Made by a program: the position numbers and the translations under genes. DNA of 64,000 nt, taken from positions 12,034 through 76,033 of the IMG/VR virus record IMGVR_UViG_3300034063_001075; one strand, 5' to 3'. Shown here piece after piece: positions 10,215-20,331 of this stretch. The stretch comes from a virus. The first letter of the stretch is position 1. Every line of letters begins with the position of its first letter. The notes below the pieces were generated by a model. The model was given only the letters and a program-made list of their open reading frames with translations. It ran no database searches and had not been told where the DNA came from.

Positions 10215-10573
10215 CCGACAGCTTCGTCTTTCGCGTCAGCGAAGCCCTTTTCAACCGCCGCCATGAAGTCAGGATCAGCAGGCTCTTCTTCCGCAACTTC
10301 AGCCTCTTCGGGTTCTGGAGCAGAAGCTGTAACGGGCAAGCCGTCGATAGCTTCCAAAAGAAGTTTTCCGCCAGACATCTTCACAGTTGCTAGCACGTCG
10401 AAGGGGCGCTCGTCGCCTGCTTCTTCCGGAGCCTCAAAACCAGCGGGGACGGGAATCTCAATAGCTGAGCCCTCATTCATCTCCGGGGTTTCTGGGGTTT
10501 CTTCCGAAGCTGCGGCCATCGCATCCTCCAAACCCGGCATCTCCTCCGGGGCCATTTCGGTGTCTTTAGCCAT
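10211..10573 (-). CDS. Acidic hypothetical protein downstream of the capsid gene
   Basis: 120-aa E/P/A-rich ORF overlapping the next gene by 4 nt. Confidence 0.65.
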   Translation of the reverse strand: MAKDTEMAPEEMPGLEDAMAAASEETPETPEMNEGSAIEIPVPAGFEAPEEAGDERPFDVLATVKMSGGKLLLEAIDGLPVTASAPEPEEAEVAEEEPADPDFMAAVEKGFADAKDEAVG

Positions 10574-10574
10574 A

Positions 10575-10630
10575 AAAAAGTATTCGGTCGGAGTGGGGGC
10601 AGGCCGAAGCCCACCCCCACTAACAACCGA
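10575..10630 (-). terminator. Hairpin after the major capsid gene (terminator/attenuator)
   Basis: Minus strand GGGGGTGGGC-TTCG-GCCTGCCCCC with extended stem, followed by a T6 tract. Confidence 0.6.
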
Positions 10631-10636
10631 TGTTAA

Positions 10637-11836
10637 TTAGGCCGTAACCGTTCCGGCGCGTTTGAACCGGATGACGTAACCGTACTCAGGCTTAATCGGC
10701 TTGGAACCGTTAGACATAACCGAGCGGAAGTAACCGATCGTTTTGTCCGGATTCAAGACTCGATCCTGAATATTCAACCATTTGAAGTCACCTTTATAGG
10801 CAACTGCGTCGAATTTGGTGTTGCCGCCCGGAGCCGTGATCGGCTTCGGAACCATGCTCACAAACACGTCGCGATGGTAGACAATGGCGTCCTCGAACTC
10901 TGCTAGCTCGTAAGCCGGATTAACGATCCAGCCGCGAGCGCTAGCCGAGGTGTCCTTGATGAACGGATAGACCCGCACCCACTTGTTGCCAGCAGTGTTG
11001 CCAGTAACGAAGTTGTACCTCGGAGCGAAGTCGTCAACCATGTGGTAGAAACCACGGAAGCTGCGTTCGATGCCGAGAGGAGTGAGAAGCTCATTGGCGC
11101 GAGTCGAGTAACGGAAGTCGTAACGAACGTTACCGTCGTTGTCGCGAATGAGGTTCATCGAAGCCTCAGAACCGAGGATGACGCCGAACTCAGGGCGACC
11201 ATCCGCACGACCGAGAGGATTCAGGCCAGCACCGTCGCGAACGAGGCGCAGGTAAACTTTATCCAACTGGGCTTGGGTGAGGGTGGCGGTAGGAGCCGTT
11301 TCAGCAATAGTGCTGGCAAACGTCTGTGCGCCGTGGGTGGCAACGCCCTTGTTCTCAGAGAGACGGACGTACTCGTTACGATAGCGCTCTTTCCAGCTAT
11401 AAGCGACGTTCTCAGTGAGGATGTCGAAGATGTTGGAAAGCTGCTCCTTGCGTTTGAAGGAGTAGCGCAGGTCGTTGATACAGAGCGGAGGACTCTCCAA
11501 CGCGGTCTGCTTGAGGTTGTAGGTACGCAGGTAATGAGTGAACTCAATGACCGAAGCCTGCGGAACGCAGTTCGCCGGATCGTTGACCACCGTATTGAAG
11601 GAAACGTCGTTCCACTTCGAGGTGATGTCACCACTGTTGTCAGAGACCGTAGGAAGCGAGCGACCGTAGGTGAGAACCGAAATGGTCTCGCCCATTTCAT
11701 CGGGCCACGCTTCTTGTTTGGTCAGTTTGAGCCAGACGCTGGTGTCCAACGTCTTGCGATGGATGTCAGGGCCGATACGTCCGGCTTCTGCTTCCAGAAT
11801 ACTATTGATTTGATAATTGCTAAAGCTAGCAGGCAT
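10637..11836 (-). CDS. Major capsid protein
   Basis: 399 aa from MPASFSNY; strong AAAGGAGG RBS; canonical position after portal and scaffold; hairpin downstream. Confidence 0.75.
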   Translation of the reverse strand: MPASFSNYQINSILEAEAGRIGPDIHRKTLDTSVWLKLTKQEAWPDEMGETISVLTYGRSLPTVSDNSGDITSKWNDVSFNTVVNDPANCVPQASVIEFTHYLRTYNLKQTALESPPLCINDLRYSFKRKEQLSNIFDILTENVAYSWKERYRNEYVRLSENKGVATHGAQTFASTIAETAPTATLTQAQLDKVYLRLVRDGAGLNPLGRADGRPEFGVILGSEASMNLIRDNDGNVRYDFRYSTRANELLTPLGIERSFRGFYHMVDDFAPRYNFVTGNTAGNKWVRVYPFIKDTSASARGWIVNPAYELAEFEDAIVYHRDVFVSMVPKPITAPGGNTKFDAVAYKGDFKWLNIQDRVLNPDKTIGYFRSVMSNGSKPIKPEYGYVIRFKRAGTVTA

Positions 11837-12002
11837 AAAACCTCCTTTGTTGAGTGTGAGACCCGCATACATCCGAAACACCACACAGCGCCCAGAGACG
11901 CGGGTTTGATTCAGTCGGATGAGCGATACCGACACCCCGGAAAGGGGCTGCGCTCTAAAATACTGTCAGTGGTTTTTACGACTCCACAGAAGTCGCGCAG
12001 GA

Positions 12003-12057
12003 TTGACTGCTCCTGCTAGCATGATGCAACCATCACATACCGCTAGCAGGATGTCAA
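12003..12057. promoter_or_regulatory. Imperfect palindrome upstream of the capsid gene, with TTGAC at both ends
   Basis: TTGAC-TGC-TCCTGCTAGC ... GCTAGCAGGA-T-GTCAA; TTGACA on the minus strand at 12052-12057. Confidence 0.5.
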
Positions 12058-12065
12058 ATAATTTT

Positions 12066-13274
12066 TTAGGACCCTATTCCGGCTTCGATGGCATCCAAAA
12101 AGGAAAGACCTTCGGGGGCAGCAGGGACGCCACCATCAGAAGTTCCCGCACCCGCTTTTGGCTTACTCTTAGTGTACTTCGCCAAAGAAGTTTGCAATTC
12201 CTTAACTTTAGCATTGGCCTCTTTAACTTGACGGAGCACACCGGGCAAAAGAGCGGCTGCGAACGAGCTATAACTCTTCACATCGTTTGAAGCGTCTCCC
12301 AAAGTTGCGACTGCACTTCTAGCCATCTCGTAGGCCTTTGTCCGGTCAGACTCAGGCATATTCTTAATGGGGCCGAGTTCGCTCAGCTTCTTCCAGACAT
12401 CTTCAGAAGCCGAGAGAACTGCTTTTCGTTGTTCTGCGACGGTGGTTTCGTAAGCTTGCTTAGCCTCTGCCTGCTTCTGCGATACAAACTCTTTGTGATT
12501 ATCGCGATACCAAGCTTTGCGCTCCATGATATTCCGCATCCCCCGAACCAGAAGATGAAGCTCCTGTTGGTCGAAAGTGTTCATGGAGGTGGCGACGTCT
12601 GTAAGCTCGTCGGAGGGTGTTCCCTTTTCAGCGCTCTCTTCAATAGCCCGCTCCAGAAGTCGTTTGGACACGCTGTACTTCTCGGAAAGAGCACCCGCAC
12701 TACGCAAGGTATCAACCAAAGGGCGGATGACCTGCTCTTTATACTCAGGGGTCGTCTCTACAGAGATAGTGGACAGTTCGGTCGAAACCTCTTCCAGCTT
12801 GGATTTAAGGACTTTGTTCTCTTCAGCTAGCTTCTGGACCTGTTCCGTATCTGCTGGCTTTTCGGAAGGCGACTCTTTGAGTTTTTGAAGCTCGGCCTTG
12901 GTCGTTTCAAGCTGCTTGGACAACTCCCGGTTCTTGACGCGGTACTCTTTGAAAGCCCGTCTCGCCTCGACAGACATATTCGTCGGCTCCGTTTCCTCGG
13001 AAGTTTCTTCGGAAGATGACTCTGTTTTATCGTCGGCACTCTCTGACTTTTCGTCCGACTTTTCAGTTTCCTTGGCTTCCTCGGAAGTGGGCTCTTCGAC
13101 GTTTTCTTCCCCAAAGACATTATCCAGACGATCCAACCACGACTCAGAAGAACTCGAAGAAGAGTCAGCGGTTTGAGAAGTCGCTTCGCTAGTGCTAGCA
13201 ACATCGGATGTGGTTTGAGGAGTTTCGGAAACCGGGGCTTCCGACAACGGGGCTTGTGCATTTTCTGTGGACAT
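12066..13274 (-). CDS. Capsid scaffolding protein
   Basis: Acidic disordered N-terminus, long coiled coil, position between portal and capsid. Confidence 0.7.
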   Translation of the reverse strand: MSTENAQAPLSEAPVSETPQTTSDVASTSEATSQTADSSSSSSESWLDRLDNVFGEENVEEPTSEEAKETEKSDEKSESADDKTESSSEETSEETEPTNMSVEARRAFKEYRVKNRELSKQLETTKAELQKLKESPSEKPADTEQVQKLAEENKVLKSKLEEVSTELSTISVETTPEYKEQVIRPLVDTLRSAGALSEKYSVSKRLLERAIEESAEKGTPSDELTDVATSMNTFDQQELHLLVRGMRNIMERKAWYRDNHKEFVSQKQAEAKQAYETTVAEQRKAVLSASEDVWKKLSELGPIKNMPESDRTKAYEMARSAVATLGDASNDVKSYSSFAAALLPGVLRQVKEANAKVKELQTSLAKYTKSKPKAGAGTSDGGVPAAPEGLSFLDAIEAGIGS

Positions 13275-13280
13275 AAAGGT

Positions 13281-13568
13281 TTACTTGTTTGCTCCAGTTC
13301 GTCTCCAAGGCTGGAGGTCAACTGTTTCGGGTTTGATCGGCTGAACTGCCAAAGACTGGAAATTGCGAAGACACTCGAAATAGCCCTCTCGACGGGCGTT
13401 AATAAGAGCCCCGTGCTGAATCGGGTCTGTTCCCTGTGGAACAGGCTTCATAACTGGGAGCCCGTGGTCTCTCAAAACAGCGACGGCTTCCTGCATAACA
13501 GGATTCGCTAAAGCTTCTTTGAAGAGGATGACTTTATCCTCGTTCGCGTACCATTCCGCGAGGGTCAT
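13281..13568 (-). CDS. Small protein downstream of portal (Bbp19-like position)
   Basis: 95 aa with ALINARREG motif; conserved position in podovirus head modules. Confidence 0.55.
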   Translation of the reverse strand: MTLAEWYANEDKVILFKEALANPVMQEAVAVLRDHGLPVMKPVPQGTDPIQHGALINARREGYFECLRNFQSLAVQPIKPETVDLQPWRRTGANK

Positions 13569-13571
13569 AAA

Positions 13572-15833
13572 TTAAACAGAGGCGAGGTTGGATGCAGTTT
13601 CAGCGTCTTTCAGACTCATTTTCTGACGGGCTTCCGCCGCCCGAATAGACATTTTGGCTTCAGCGGCCTCCTGCATAAGCTGTAGTTTCAAGCGGTGCTC
13701 GGAGATTTTTGCTTCGAGTTGGGGGTCTACGGCAGGTGCAGCGGGGGCCGGAGCGCCGGAACCTGCTTGAGAAGCTTGGGCTCTACGGGCGGCTGCTTGA
13801 ACTTTCTTGATCCCGTTGGTCACAATCTCACCCAGATTCTGCAAAGCTTTGCGGAGCATCGCAGCTTCTTCCGCGAGTAAGGCATCTTTCGAAGCTTCAG
13901 CGACGTGGGGTTCGGTATGTGCAAAGCAACGAGACAGGAAATCAATGACCTGCTCAACAGGGACCTGCCCCTGCTCAACAGCCCCAGCGACCATTGTCAT
14001 CGCCTCAATGTGAACCCGCGCATGAACCATGTGGTTGTCGTTGGGGAGCACGGCCATGTCGCTGCCTGTCCGCATCACGGCATTTTCAATCTCTGCAAAC
14101 TTAACATCCATCGGAGGCCTACCCTCGTCGGAAACTTTGGGCGCGTAGCGGCTAGCAGCCTCGTATCCAATTCTAGCAGCAAAGCGGTCACGAATCAGGT
14201 TCTTGCGACCAACGTCGTCCAACGACCCCAGCATCTCGGTAAACTCAGTGAGGGCCATCGTCCGCATGGACTCGCTGCCATTACCGATTGCCCGAACAGC
14301 TTTAACTGAGGCGACGTCCACCGCATGAATTGCCTCACTAGGAACTCCGCGTTTGTGGCAACGCTTGCGAAAATCAATCACAGCGCGGCCACCGGGCTCC
14401 AACACGTTGTAGTCGCGGCGGATCAAACGGCTGACAACCGAACGAAGAAGACGAGTCCACGGCTCGTAAAACAGATTGAGGGACGCGGTGGAAACGCGAT
14501 TCTGCGCCTGAAGCTGCGCTTGCACCTCAAACCGAGTGCGCTCTTTACTGCCAGCAAAATTCTCGCTGACGTTGTATTGGCCGACCTTCTTGGAAACAAT
14601 GTCCGCCATATCGTTGAGGACAGGCAGCACGTTTTTCGAAAAATCAGGAACCGTACGCTCGGCGACATCGAAGCCGGGGTTCAAAATCGCGTAGGGGCCG
14701 TAGTAGGAGAAGGCCAGTGAGTCGAGAGCGTCTTCGGTCTGCGGCACAATCAACAAACTGCTAGCGAGCATGGAGCCATCAACCAACTGGCTACGAAGGC
14801 GGTTGCTAACTTGGATATGTGGGAAAATGCGGTGACCCAAGCCTCGGATACTGTGATAGTAACCGTTGGTCCCAATGCCGTAAGGGAACACAACAAAGGC
14901 GTGGCTGGGCGATTCGAAGCGGGAACGGCAAGAATAAAGAAACGTGTTGTTCTTATCGTCAGCGTCATCTTCTAAAGCAATGTAGTGGCTGACGGTCCCG
15001 TCAAACTCCTGAACCCAACCGTGAATAACGCGGACTTCAGATGAGGTGGCATACGAATGATACAAGTCGTTGTTTTTGACTTCCGTTTGAAACTGCTCCC
15101 AGTCTCCGTACCCAGACTCGCCCAAGTGTTTCGGCTGGGCCTCCATGATGGCTTTCTTCGTAGCCTCGACATCCCAACCTGCTTTGATCGCTGTTTCTTC
15201 GTCTTCGATATATCGGAACAACTGCTGAACTTGGAAAGACCTGCGAGCAACCGCGACTTCCAACTCCTGCTCGGAGGCCTGCGTTTTCCTCGGCATGAGG
15301 AAATCGCCAAGACCAATAACTTTCCAACGCCAATCTACGTCGTCCTCAAAAAGAGCAATCCCGACTCCGTGAGCAATAAAGTGATGTGCTAGCAACAGAT
15401 AGTTGTAATGGAAGTCGGGCCAACTCCGGAGCAGGTGTGAAATCTCTTCGGCGATGATTGGTTCCCATTCAGATCGTTGAGCTTCCGACCCAACGGTCGT
15501 TTTAACGGAGACCAAATTCTCCACCGCGTTGAGCAAATCCACATATTGGCCGACCGATGCTTCTAGCATCGACGAAGCCTCATCGAAGTTCAGGTTACAC
15601 CGGAACGATTGGCCTGTGGCCTGCAACTCGTTTTCATCATACGGGGGCTGACCATCGAACATCGCCTGCACTTCAGCACGATGTTCCGCAGCGCGGCGGT
15701 CGGCTTCACGAAGCCGTTGATAAATCTCACGTAAACTTTTCGCATCCTTGACGCGTGAACACGGCGGAATCCCCGACTCGGAATCGAGACCGGGGACGAG
15801 CAAATCAGAGGAATGGGAAACGAAGTCGCTCAA
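13572..15833 (-). CDS. Portal (head-tail connector) protein
   Basis: 753 aa directly after terL; helical; KERTRFEV motif; Q/A-rich C-terminal extension. Confidence 0.75.
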   Translation of the reverse strand: MSDFVSHSSDLLVPGLDSESGIPPCSRVKDAKSLREIYQRLREADRRAAEHRAEVQAMFDGQPPYDENELQATGQSFRCNLNFDEASSMLEASVGQYVDLLNAVENLVSVKTTVGSEAQRSEWEPIIAEEISHLLRSWPDFHYNYLLLAHHFIAHGVGIALFEDDVDWRWKVIGLGDFLMPRKTQASEQELEVAVARRSFQVQQLFRYIEDEETAIKAGWDVEATKKAIMEAQPKHLGESGYGDWEQFQTEVKNNDLYHSYATSSEVRVIHGWVQEFDGTVSHYIALEDDADDKNNTFLYSCRSRFESPSHAFVVFPYGIGTNGYYHSIRGLGHRIFPHIQVSNRLRSQLVDGSMLASSLLIVPQTEDALDSLAFSYYGPYAILNPGFDVAERTVPDFSKNVLPVLNDMADIVSKKVGQYNVSENFAGSKERTRFEVQAQLQAQNRVSTASLNLFYEPWTRLLRSVVSRLIRRDYNVLEPGGRAVIDFRKRCHKRGVPSEAIHAVDVASVKAVRAIGNGSESMRTMALTEFTEMLGSLDDVGRKNLIRDRFAARIGYEAASRYAPKVSDEGRPPMDVKFAEIENAVMRTGSDMAVLPNDNHMVHARVHIEAMTMVAGAVEQGQVPVEQVIDFLSRCFAHTEPHVAEASKDALLAEEAAMLRKALQNLGEIVTNGIKKVQAAARRAQASQAGSGAPAPAAPAVDPQLEAKISEHRLKLQLMQEAAEAKMSIRAAEARQKMSLKDAETASNLASV

Positions 15834-15865
15834 AGATTAAGAATTAGGCAGGTAACATATACCTA

Positions 15866-17626
15866 TTAAAAAGGCAAGCGCAACTCTTGTTTAGAGAGAT
15901 TCACAGGCCGGGAGGCGGCGACTCGGTTGAACTTCTCTAGCAGCTTCCGCTTCGTAGCTCGTTGCCCTCCGAAGTCATCCCCGTAACCTGTTGAATCCGC
16001 CGTCATAGCATGACGCTGACGGGCCAAATCCAAAAGGATGAACGCGGCATCTGCTACGTCGGGGGACTTCCCTGTGCGCTCTTTCATGTCAGACTTCGGC
16101 TCCACCCGGAGACGGAGGCTACCGCTCTTATCTGTAATATAGCGTCGCTCGCACATCTCCCGTGCTAGCTCCTTGCAGACGCCTCGAATCTGCCCGGTTC
16201 GCATCATCTCCTTTGCGGAAAACCAAATCTCAGTGACTCGGTTTCCGTACCGCTCATCAGAAGGCGTACGGTCAGTAAGTGAAACTGGGAGTTTGCTAGC
16301 TCGGCCCCCAAACTGAACTCGCAAAACATCCCGGCTCCACAAAGCATCGACAATGTCACCGAAAGGGTTTCCGGCTCCTGTGGCGTCGTAAGCGGCATTT
16401 CGGGCAGACACCCCTTCCTGCTCGCAACGAGCCCGGAACTGGCGGACGATCTGGTAAGCCCTCGGCTCCTTCGAAGACACGTCCTCTACGAGGTGCTCAT
16501 AACGATCGAAGCAAACGGTGCGAAGTTTAGTATTCGCATCGATTCCGACATAGCCAAAGTAAAGGATACTTCTGTCGCCGCCGTTGGTGAAAGCAGGGTC
16601 GAGTGCAGCAATAGGGGTGGGTGGGGAAAGCCAGAGCGGGGGAGCATCCGCTTGGGTCCGCACAATATCGGCTTCGGCGTAAATACAGTCTTCAGAACCG
16701 CTCGGACACCAGAACCCACGAAACATCCGCCAGAAAGCGACTGATTTCTCGCCAAATTTTTGACGGGCGTCCTCCAACTTGTCTTCCGTAATCATCCACG
16801 GATAAACGGTGCGACCCGCTAGGATGTTTGGGCTCTTGATTCCGTCCAAATGGATGCAAATTCCTCGCTCGGTCTCCCACTCGTCATCGTTGACGGTCAC
16901 CGTAGCCCACCCATTCTTAGGCTGGGCCAAAAGACCGAACGCGTCGTAGTAAGAGTTGGGGTTTCCTAGCCCGACCAACTGAAAATACGGGTTCGCCGAC
17001 AGGTTTGAATAGGCTGCTTGTAGGATCGCTTCCGACAACTCAGGCAACTCGTCCGCGATGAGAAAAACCCTCTTCTGCTTCAGACCAATCAACTTGCCAA
17101 TCGCCTCTTTTTCGCGCTTCCGCTCGGCGGCGACTAGTGTGATCCCCGCTTTATCGGACAAAGCATTGCCCTCGGCGTCTTCAAAGCGAATCTGGCCGAC
17201 TGAATCAACCAGCTTACCGGGAAGCCCCGGAACTGCCTGAAAATATTCTCTGACAGAGCCCCAAATACGTTTTCGTGACTCCTTCAGGGTGGTCGAAGTG
17301 ACCAAAATCATTGTCTCGGTGGGGGCGCACAGCCAATTCACAATGCTCCAAACCGCAAAAAAATCAGTTTTTCCCGAGCTAGCGCACCCGGCAACGGCCA
17401 GATAGTTTGAACGGCAAGCCCCGTCCAGCATCTGCTCCGCCCACGGATGCCAAGTCCACGGTTTGGGACTGCCGGGATGCCAAAGAACATTGACAATGTT
17501 CCGAAAATGCCCAGCCTTACCGAGACCGCCTTGCTCGACGGTTCTACCATGCCGGAAGCAATAAAGCTCAATGTTCAGCGCATCTATGCCTTCGGGCCAT
17601 TCTCGCCCATATCGGGTAATCCCCAT
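15866..17626 (-). CDS. terL: Terminase large subunit
   Basis: Walker A GCASSGKT, Walker B FLIADE, GLGNP coupling motif, RNase H-like ALDPAF and KSPDVADA. Confidence 0.9.
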   Translation of the reverse strand: MGITRYGREWPEGIDALNIELYCFRHGRTVEQGGLGKAGHFRNIVNVLWHPGSPKPWTWHPWAEQMLDGACRSNYLAVAGCASSGKTDFFAVWSIVNWLCAPTETMILVTSTTLKESRKRIWGSVREYFQAVPGLPGKLVDSVGQIRFEDAEGNALSDKAGITLVAAERKREKEAIGKLIGLKQKRVFLIADELPELSEAILQAAYSNLSANPYFQLVGLGNPNSYYDAFGLLAQPKNGWATVTVNDDEWETERGICIHLDGIKSPNILAGRTVYPWMITEDKLEDARQKFGEKSVAFWRMFRGFWCPSGSEDCIYAEADIVRTQADAPPLWLSPPTPIAALDPAFTNGGDRSILYFGYVGIDANTKLRTVCFDRYEHLVEDVSSKEPRAYQIVRQFRARCEQEGVSARNAAYDATGAGNPFGDIVDALWSRDVLRVQFGGRASKLPVSLTDRTPSDERYGNRVTEIWFSAKEMMRTGQIRGVCKELAREMCERRYITDKSGSLRLRVEPKSDMKERTGKSPDVADAAFILLDLARQRHAMTADSTGYGDDFGGQRATKRKLLEKFNRVAASRPVNLSKQELRLPF

Positions 17627-17695
17627 GACCGTATGCAGGTATCATACCTCTGTAGACAAGTCAAACATACCTCGACGGACGAAACATCCGTTACA

Positions 17696-17987
17696 GGGGA
17701 CAACTTCACTGTCCCCAAAGCGTCCCCATACCCCTTTTTAGAGCACGACAGCATGAATATAAGTTGTTGTAAATGAACATTTTGCCGGCGTGGCGGAACT
17801 GGCAGACGCGACGGACTCAAAACCCTATAAGCGCGGAGCATATACCCACATATACCGCGCAAGTTGCGGAGAAAGAGCAACTAAACCACAAGGCGAAAAT
17901 TTTTGATATTTCGCCAGTAATTCGTTTTCAACGACTTACAACAACTTCGAGTGCAACCCGTCCCCCTATCGCACAAACGGGGGACAA
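17696..17987. mobile_element. attP region: arm-type repeats, IHF-like sites and tRNA core
   Basis: GGGGAC/GTCCCC repeats at 17696, 17711, 17722, 17960, 17980; inverted AAGTTGTTGTAA (17761)/TTACAACAACTT (17936); IHF-like TTTCAACGACTTA; adjacent to the integrase. Confidence 0.75.
17784..17822 (+). pseudogene. 5' half of tRNA-Leu(CAA), probable attP core
   Basis: GCCGGCGTGGCGGAACTGGCAGACGCGACGGACTCAAAA gives acceptor 5' strand, Leu-type D arm, anticodon 5' stem and loop; similarity stops right after the loop. Confidence 0.85.
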
Positions 17988-18038
17988 TTTTGTTTGAACA
18001 GATGGTCGCATCTCCTGTCATATACCAGTACCAAGCCA

Positions 18039-19262
18039 ATGAAGACTGACGTGTTATCCTACCCGCAAACTATACCTACACCGCTGGGTCCGGTGAAAAT
18101 CTATTGCTGCCGCAACGGTTTCAAAACCGAGTACGTCGTAAACTGGAGCATAGCGAAGCAACGAAAGCGGGAAAAATTCGCGGATGAACTCAAAGCGCTA
18201 AACCGTGCTCAGGAAGTAGCCAAAGACTTGAGCAAAGGGCGCATTGAGAGAACGGCGATCTCACCCGCAGATATTGCCGAGTTCATGGCGGCTAAACAGC
18301 TACTTAGTGGGGGTTCTTTGCTCCGAGCCGCTGAGTTTTTCGTGGAAAGCAACACAGGCCTCGTTCAGAAAACGGTCAAAGAAGTATGTGAACATCACTT
18401 GGCAGAACTCGCCATAGGGAGTAGCGAACGTCACAAAGCCACAACAAAGTGGAGGCACGGGGTTATCAACGAGGTCTTTGAAAACCGTATCATTAGCTCA
18501 ATAACAAGGGACGAAATCATCGACTTCCTTAAAAAGGCGAAATGCCGATCCAAGCAGAAAGCAGGAGTGGCGATGAGCGGCAAAAGCAAAAACAACCTAG
18601 CGAACGCCTTCGGTGCGGTCTGGAACCACGCCCAAACCCGAATGAGCGCCCTACCTAAAAATATGCCACACGCAGCGACAGAACTACCGACATTCGAGGA
18701 ATCCCGAGAGAAACGGATATACACACCGGAACAAATGACAGCCATACTCCATTGGTTGGAAGATGAGGTCACCGCCCATCGCATCCCCAAATGGGTTCTC
18801 GCCACCGTAGCAATCAAAGCCTTTACAGGCATTCGAACGGCAGAGATTGAAAGACTTCAGTGGGAAGACGTGCGTTCCGACGCGGGTACAATCCTCCTCC
18901 ATAGGGGGCTGACCAAAACTCAGGAGGGACGTATCCTCCCCATCCGACCAGCCCTAAACGAATGGCTTCAACTTTGCGCGAAGAGGTCGGGCAAGGTAGC
19001 AGAAGACCAATTCTTCACGTACACAAAAAAAATCGCCGAAGGCGTGTTCGGCAAAGGGGCTCCGTGGGAGAAGAACGCTTTGCGTCATAGCTTCATTTCT
19101 TACTCAATGGCCGAAACCGGAAACGCGGCTACCACGGCAGACATTAGCGGCAACTCAATCCGGATGGTTAAAGCCGTTTATCAAACCTTGGCCGTCCCGA
19201 GCGATGCTCATAAATACTTCAACATCAAACCGAAAGGAGGTGTAGGTGACCTGCCGTCTTGA
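18039..19262 (+). CDS. int: Tyrosine recombinase/integrase
   Basis: GIRTAEI (R), TK (K), NALRHS (HxxR variant), KAVY (Y); next to a tRNA fragment. Confidence 0.9.
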   Translation: MKTDVLSYPQTIPTPLGPVKIYCCRNGFKTEYVVNWSIAKQRKREKFADELKALNRAQEVAKDLSKGRIERTAISPADIAEFMAAKQLLSGGSLLRAAEFFVESNTGLVQKTVKEVCEHHLAELAIGSSERHKATTKWRHGVINEVFENRIISSITRDEIIDFLKKAKCRSKQKAGVAMSGKSKNNLANAFGAVWNHAQTRMSALPKNMPHAATELPTFEESREKRIYTPEQMTAILHWLEDEVTAHRIPKWVLATVAIKAFTGIRTAEIERLQWEDVRSDAGTILLHRGLTKTQEGRILPIRPALNEWLQLCAKRSGKVAEDQFFTYTKKIAEGVFGKGAPWEKNALRHSFISYSMAETGNAATTADISGNSIRMVKAVYQTLAVPSDAHKYFNIKPKGGVGDLPS

Positions 19263-19288
19263 CTACCAACGAGACGGTATGCTAGGTT
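19259..19288 (+). promoter_or_regulatory. Sigma70-like promoter for the RHH regulator
   Basis: TTGACT-N18-TAGGTT with extended TG. Confidence 0.45.
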
Positions 19289-19313
19289 GCAGACACCAAT
19301 ACCAACCACGACT

Positions 19314-19541
19314 ATGCCTAACCAAATAAGCGCACACACCAAAAGGGTAACCTTTTGCGTAGATAAAACGGACTACGTAAAATTAGAGCGCCTTGCATCC
19401 GAATCCGGATTGAATACTTCGGAACTAATACGCGAAGCGCTGTGGGAATACGTTGTCAAAAACCAAGACGCCGAGTTTATCCAACTCCGGAGAAGTACCG
19501 TCAAAAGTAAGTTTGTCCGGAACCGCTTCAAAAGAAGCTAA
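19314..19541 (+). CDS. Ribbon-helix-helix (CopG/Arc-like) regulator
   Basis: KRVTFCVDKTDYVKLERLASESGLNTSELIREAL. Confidence 0.8.
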   Translation: MPNQISAHTKRVTFCVDKTDYVKLERLASESGLNTSELIREALWEYVVKNQDAEFIQLRRSTVKSKFVRNRFKRS

Positions 19542-19682
19542 CAACATAAGGAAAACGCGACCACTTTTCGCGACTAAGAAATATGCAACCTGCACATTTG
19601 CGCTTGCACATGAATATTATCTAGATACGATTGCCGTTTCAGTTAGTAAAACTAATTAGTAACCACCCACCACATTACACCT

Positions 19683-19853
19683 ATGTCGTCCCATACGTGC
19701 CTAATAGAACATCCACCAACCAAAACCAAAGCCACAATATCACTCCCCAACACTCTGTACGATAAAATCCTCGAACGGGCGCACCAACAAAACAAATCGT
19801 TGGAAGACCTCATCGCTGAAGTCGTTCAACAATCAATTCCTAGCAATGAGTGA
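19683..19853 (+). CDS. Second small RHH-like regulator (56 aa, below track cutoff)
   Basis: Manual translation KATISLPNTLYDKILERAHQQNKSLEDLIAEVV; overlaps the next start. Confidence 0.6.
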   Translation: MSSHTCLIEHPPTKTKATISLPNTLYDKILERAHQQNKSLEDLIAEVVQQSIPSNE

Positions 19854-20331
19854 AAAGCGCCCCATCCTCGGCGTTGATCCCGGCTTAGAACAATCGGGGT
19901 TTGTCCTTTGGGATGGGAACAAGATTATTGAGTCGGGGGTTATCGACAATGAACAACTCCGCGCAAAAATCGAAACAACGCCCGACAGTACCCACATCGT
20001 TTGTGAAATGATCGCCTCGTACGGAATGGCCGTTGGGCGAAGCGTGTTTGAGACGTGTGTTTGGATTGGGCGCTTCATGGAAGCTGCTTTGCGGAGAAAT
20101 TTGGATTGGAAATGTCTCTTCCGACAAGAAATCAAAATCCACCTCTGCCATTCGGCGAAAGCCAAAGACTCCAACATTAGGCAAGCTTTGATCGATCGGT
20201 TTGGTGAGCCCGGAACAAAGAAAAATCCCGGCCCCCTTTTTGGGGTCAAATCCCACGCATGGGCCGCGCTCGCCGTCGCTGTCACATTTTGTGATTTCAA
20301 ATATGCAACCAGCATATACCCGCCCGAATGA
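19846..20331 (+). CDS. RuvC-like Holliday junction resolvase
   Basis: ILGVDPGLEQSGFV, IVCEMI, RNase H fold pattern. Confidence 0.75.
   Translation: MSEKRPILGVDPGLEQSGFVLWDGNKIIESGVIDNEQLRAKIETTPDSTHIVCEMIASYGMAVGRSVFETCVWIGRFMEAALRRNLDWKCLFRQEIKIHLCHSAKAKDSNIRQALIDRFGEPGTKKNPGPLFGVKSHAWAALAVAVTFCDFKYATSIYPPE

Noticed and set aside
11042-12019. 325-aa plus-strand ORF
   Set aside because: Antisense to the capsid gene; explained by codon bias, no recognisable motifs
17784-17870. Complete functional tRNA-Leu
   Set aside because: No 3' anticodon stem, T arm or acceptor 3' strand
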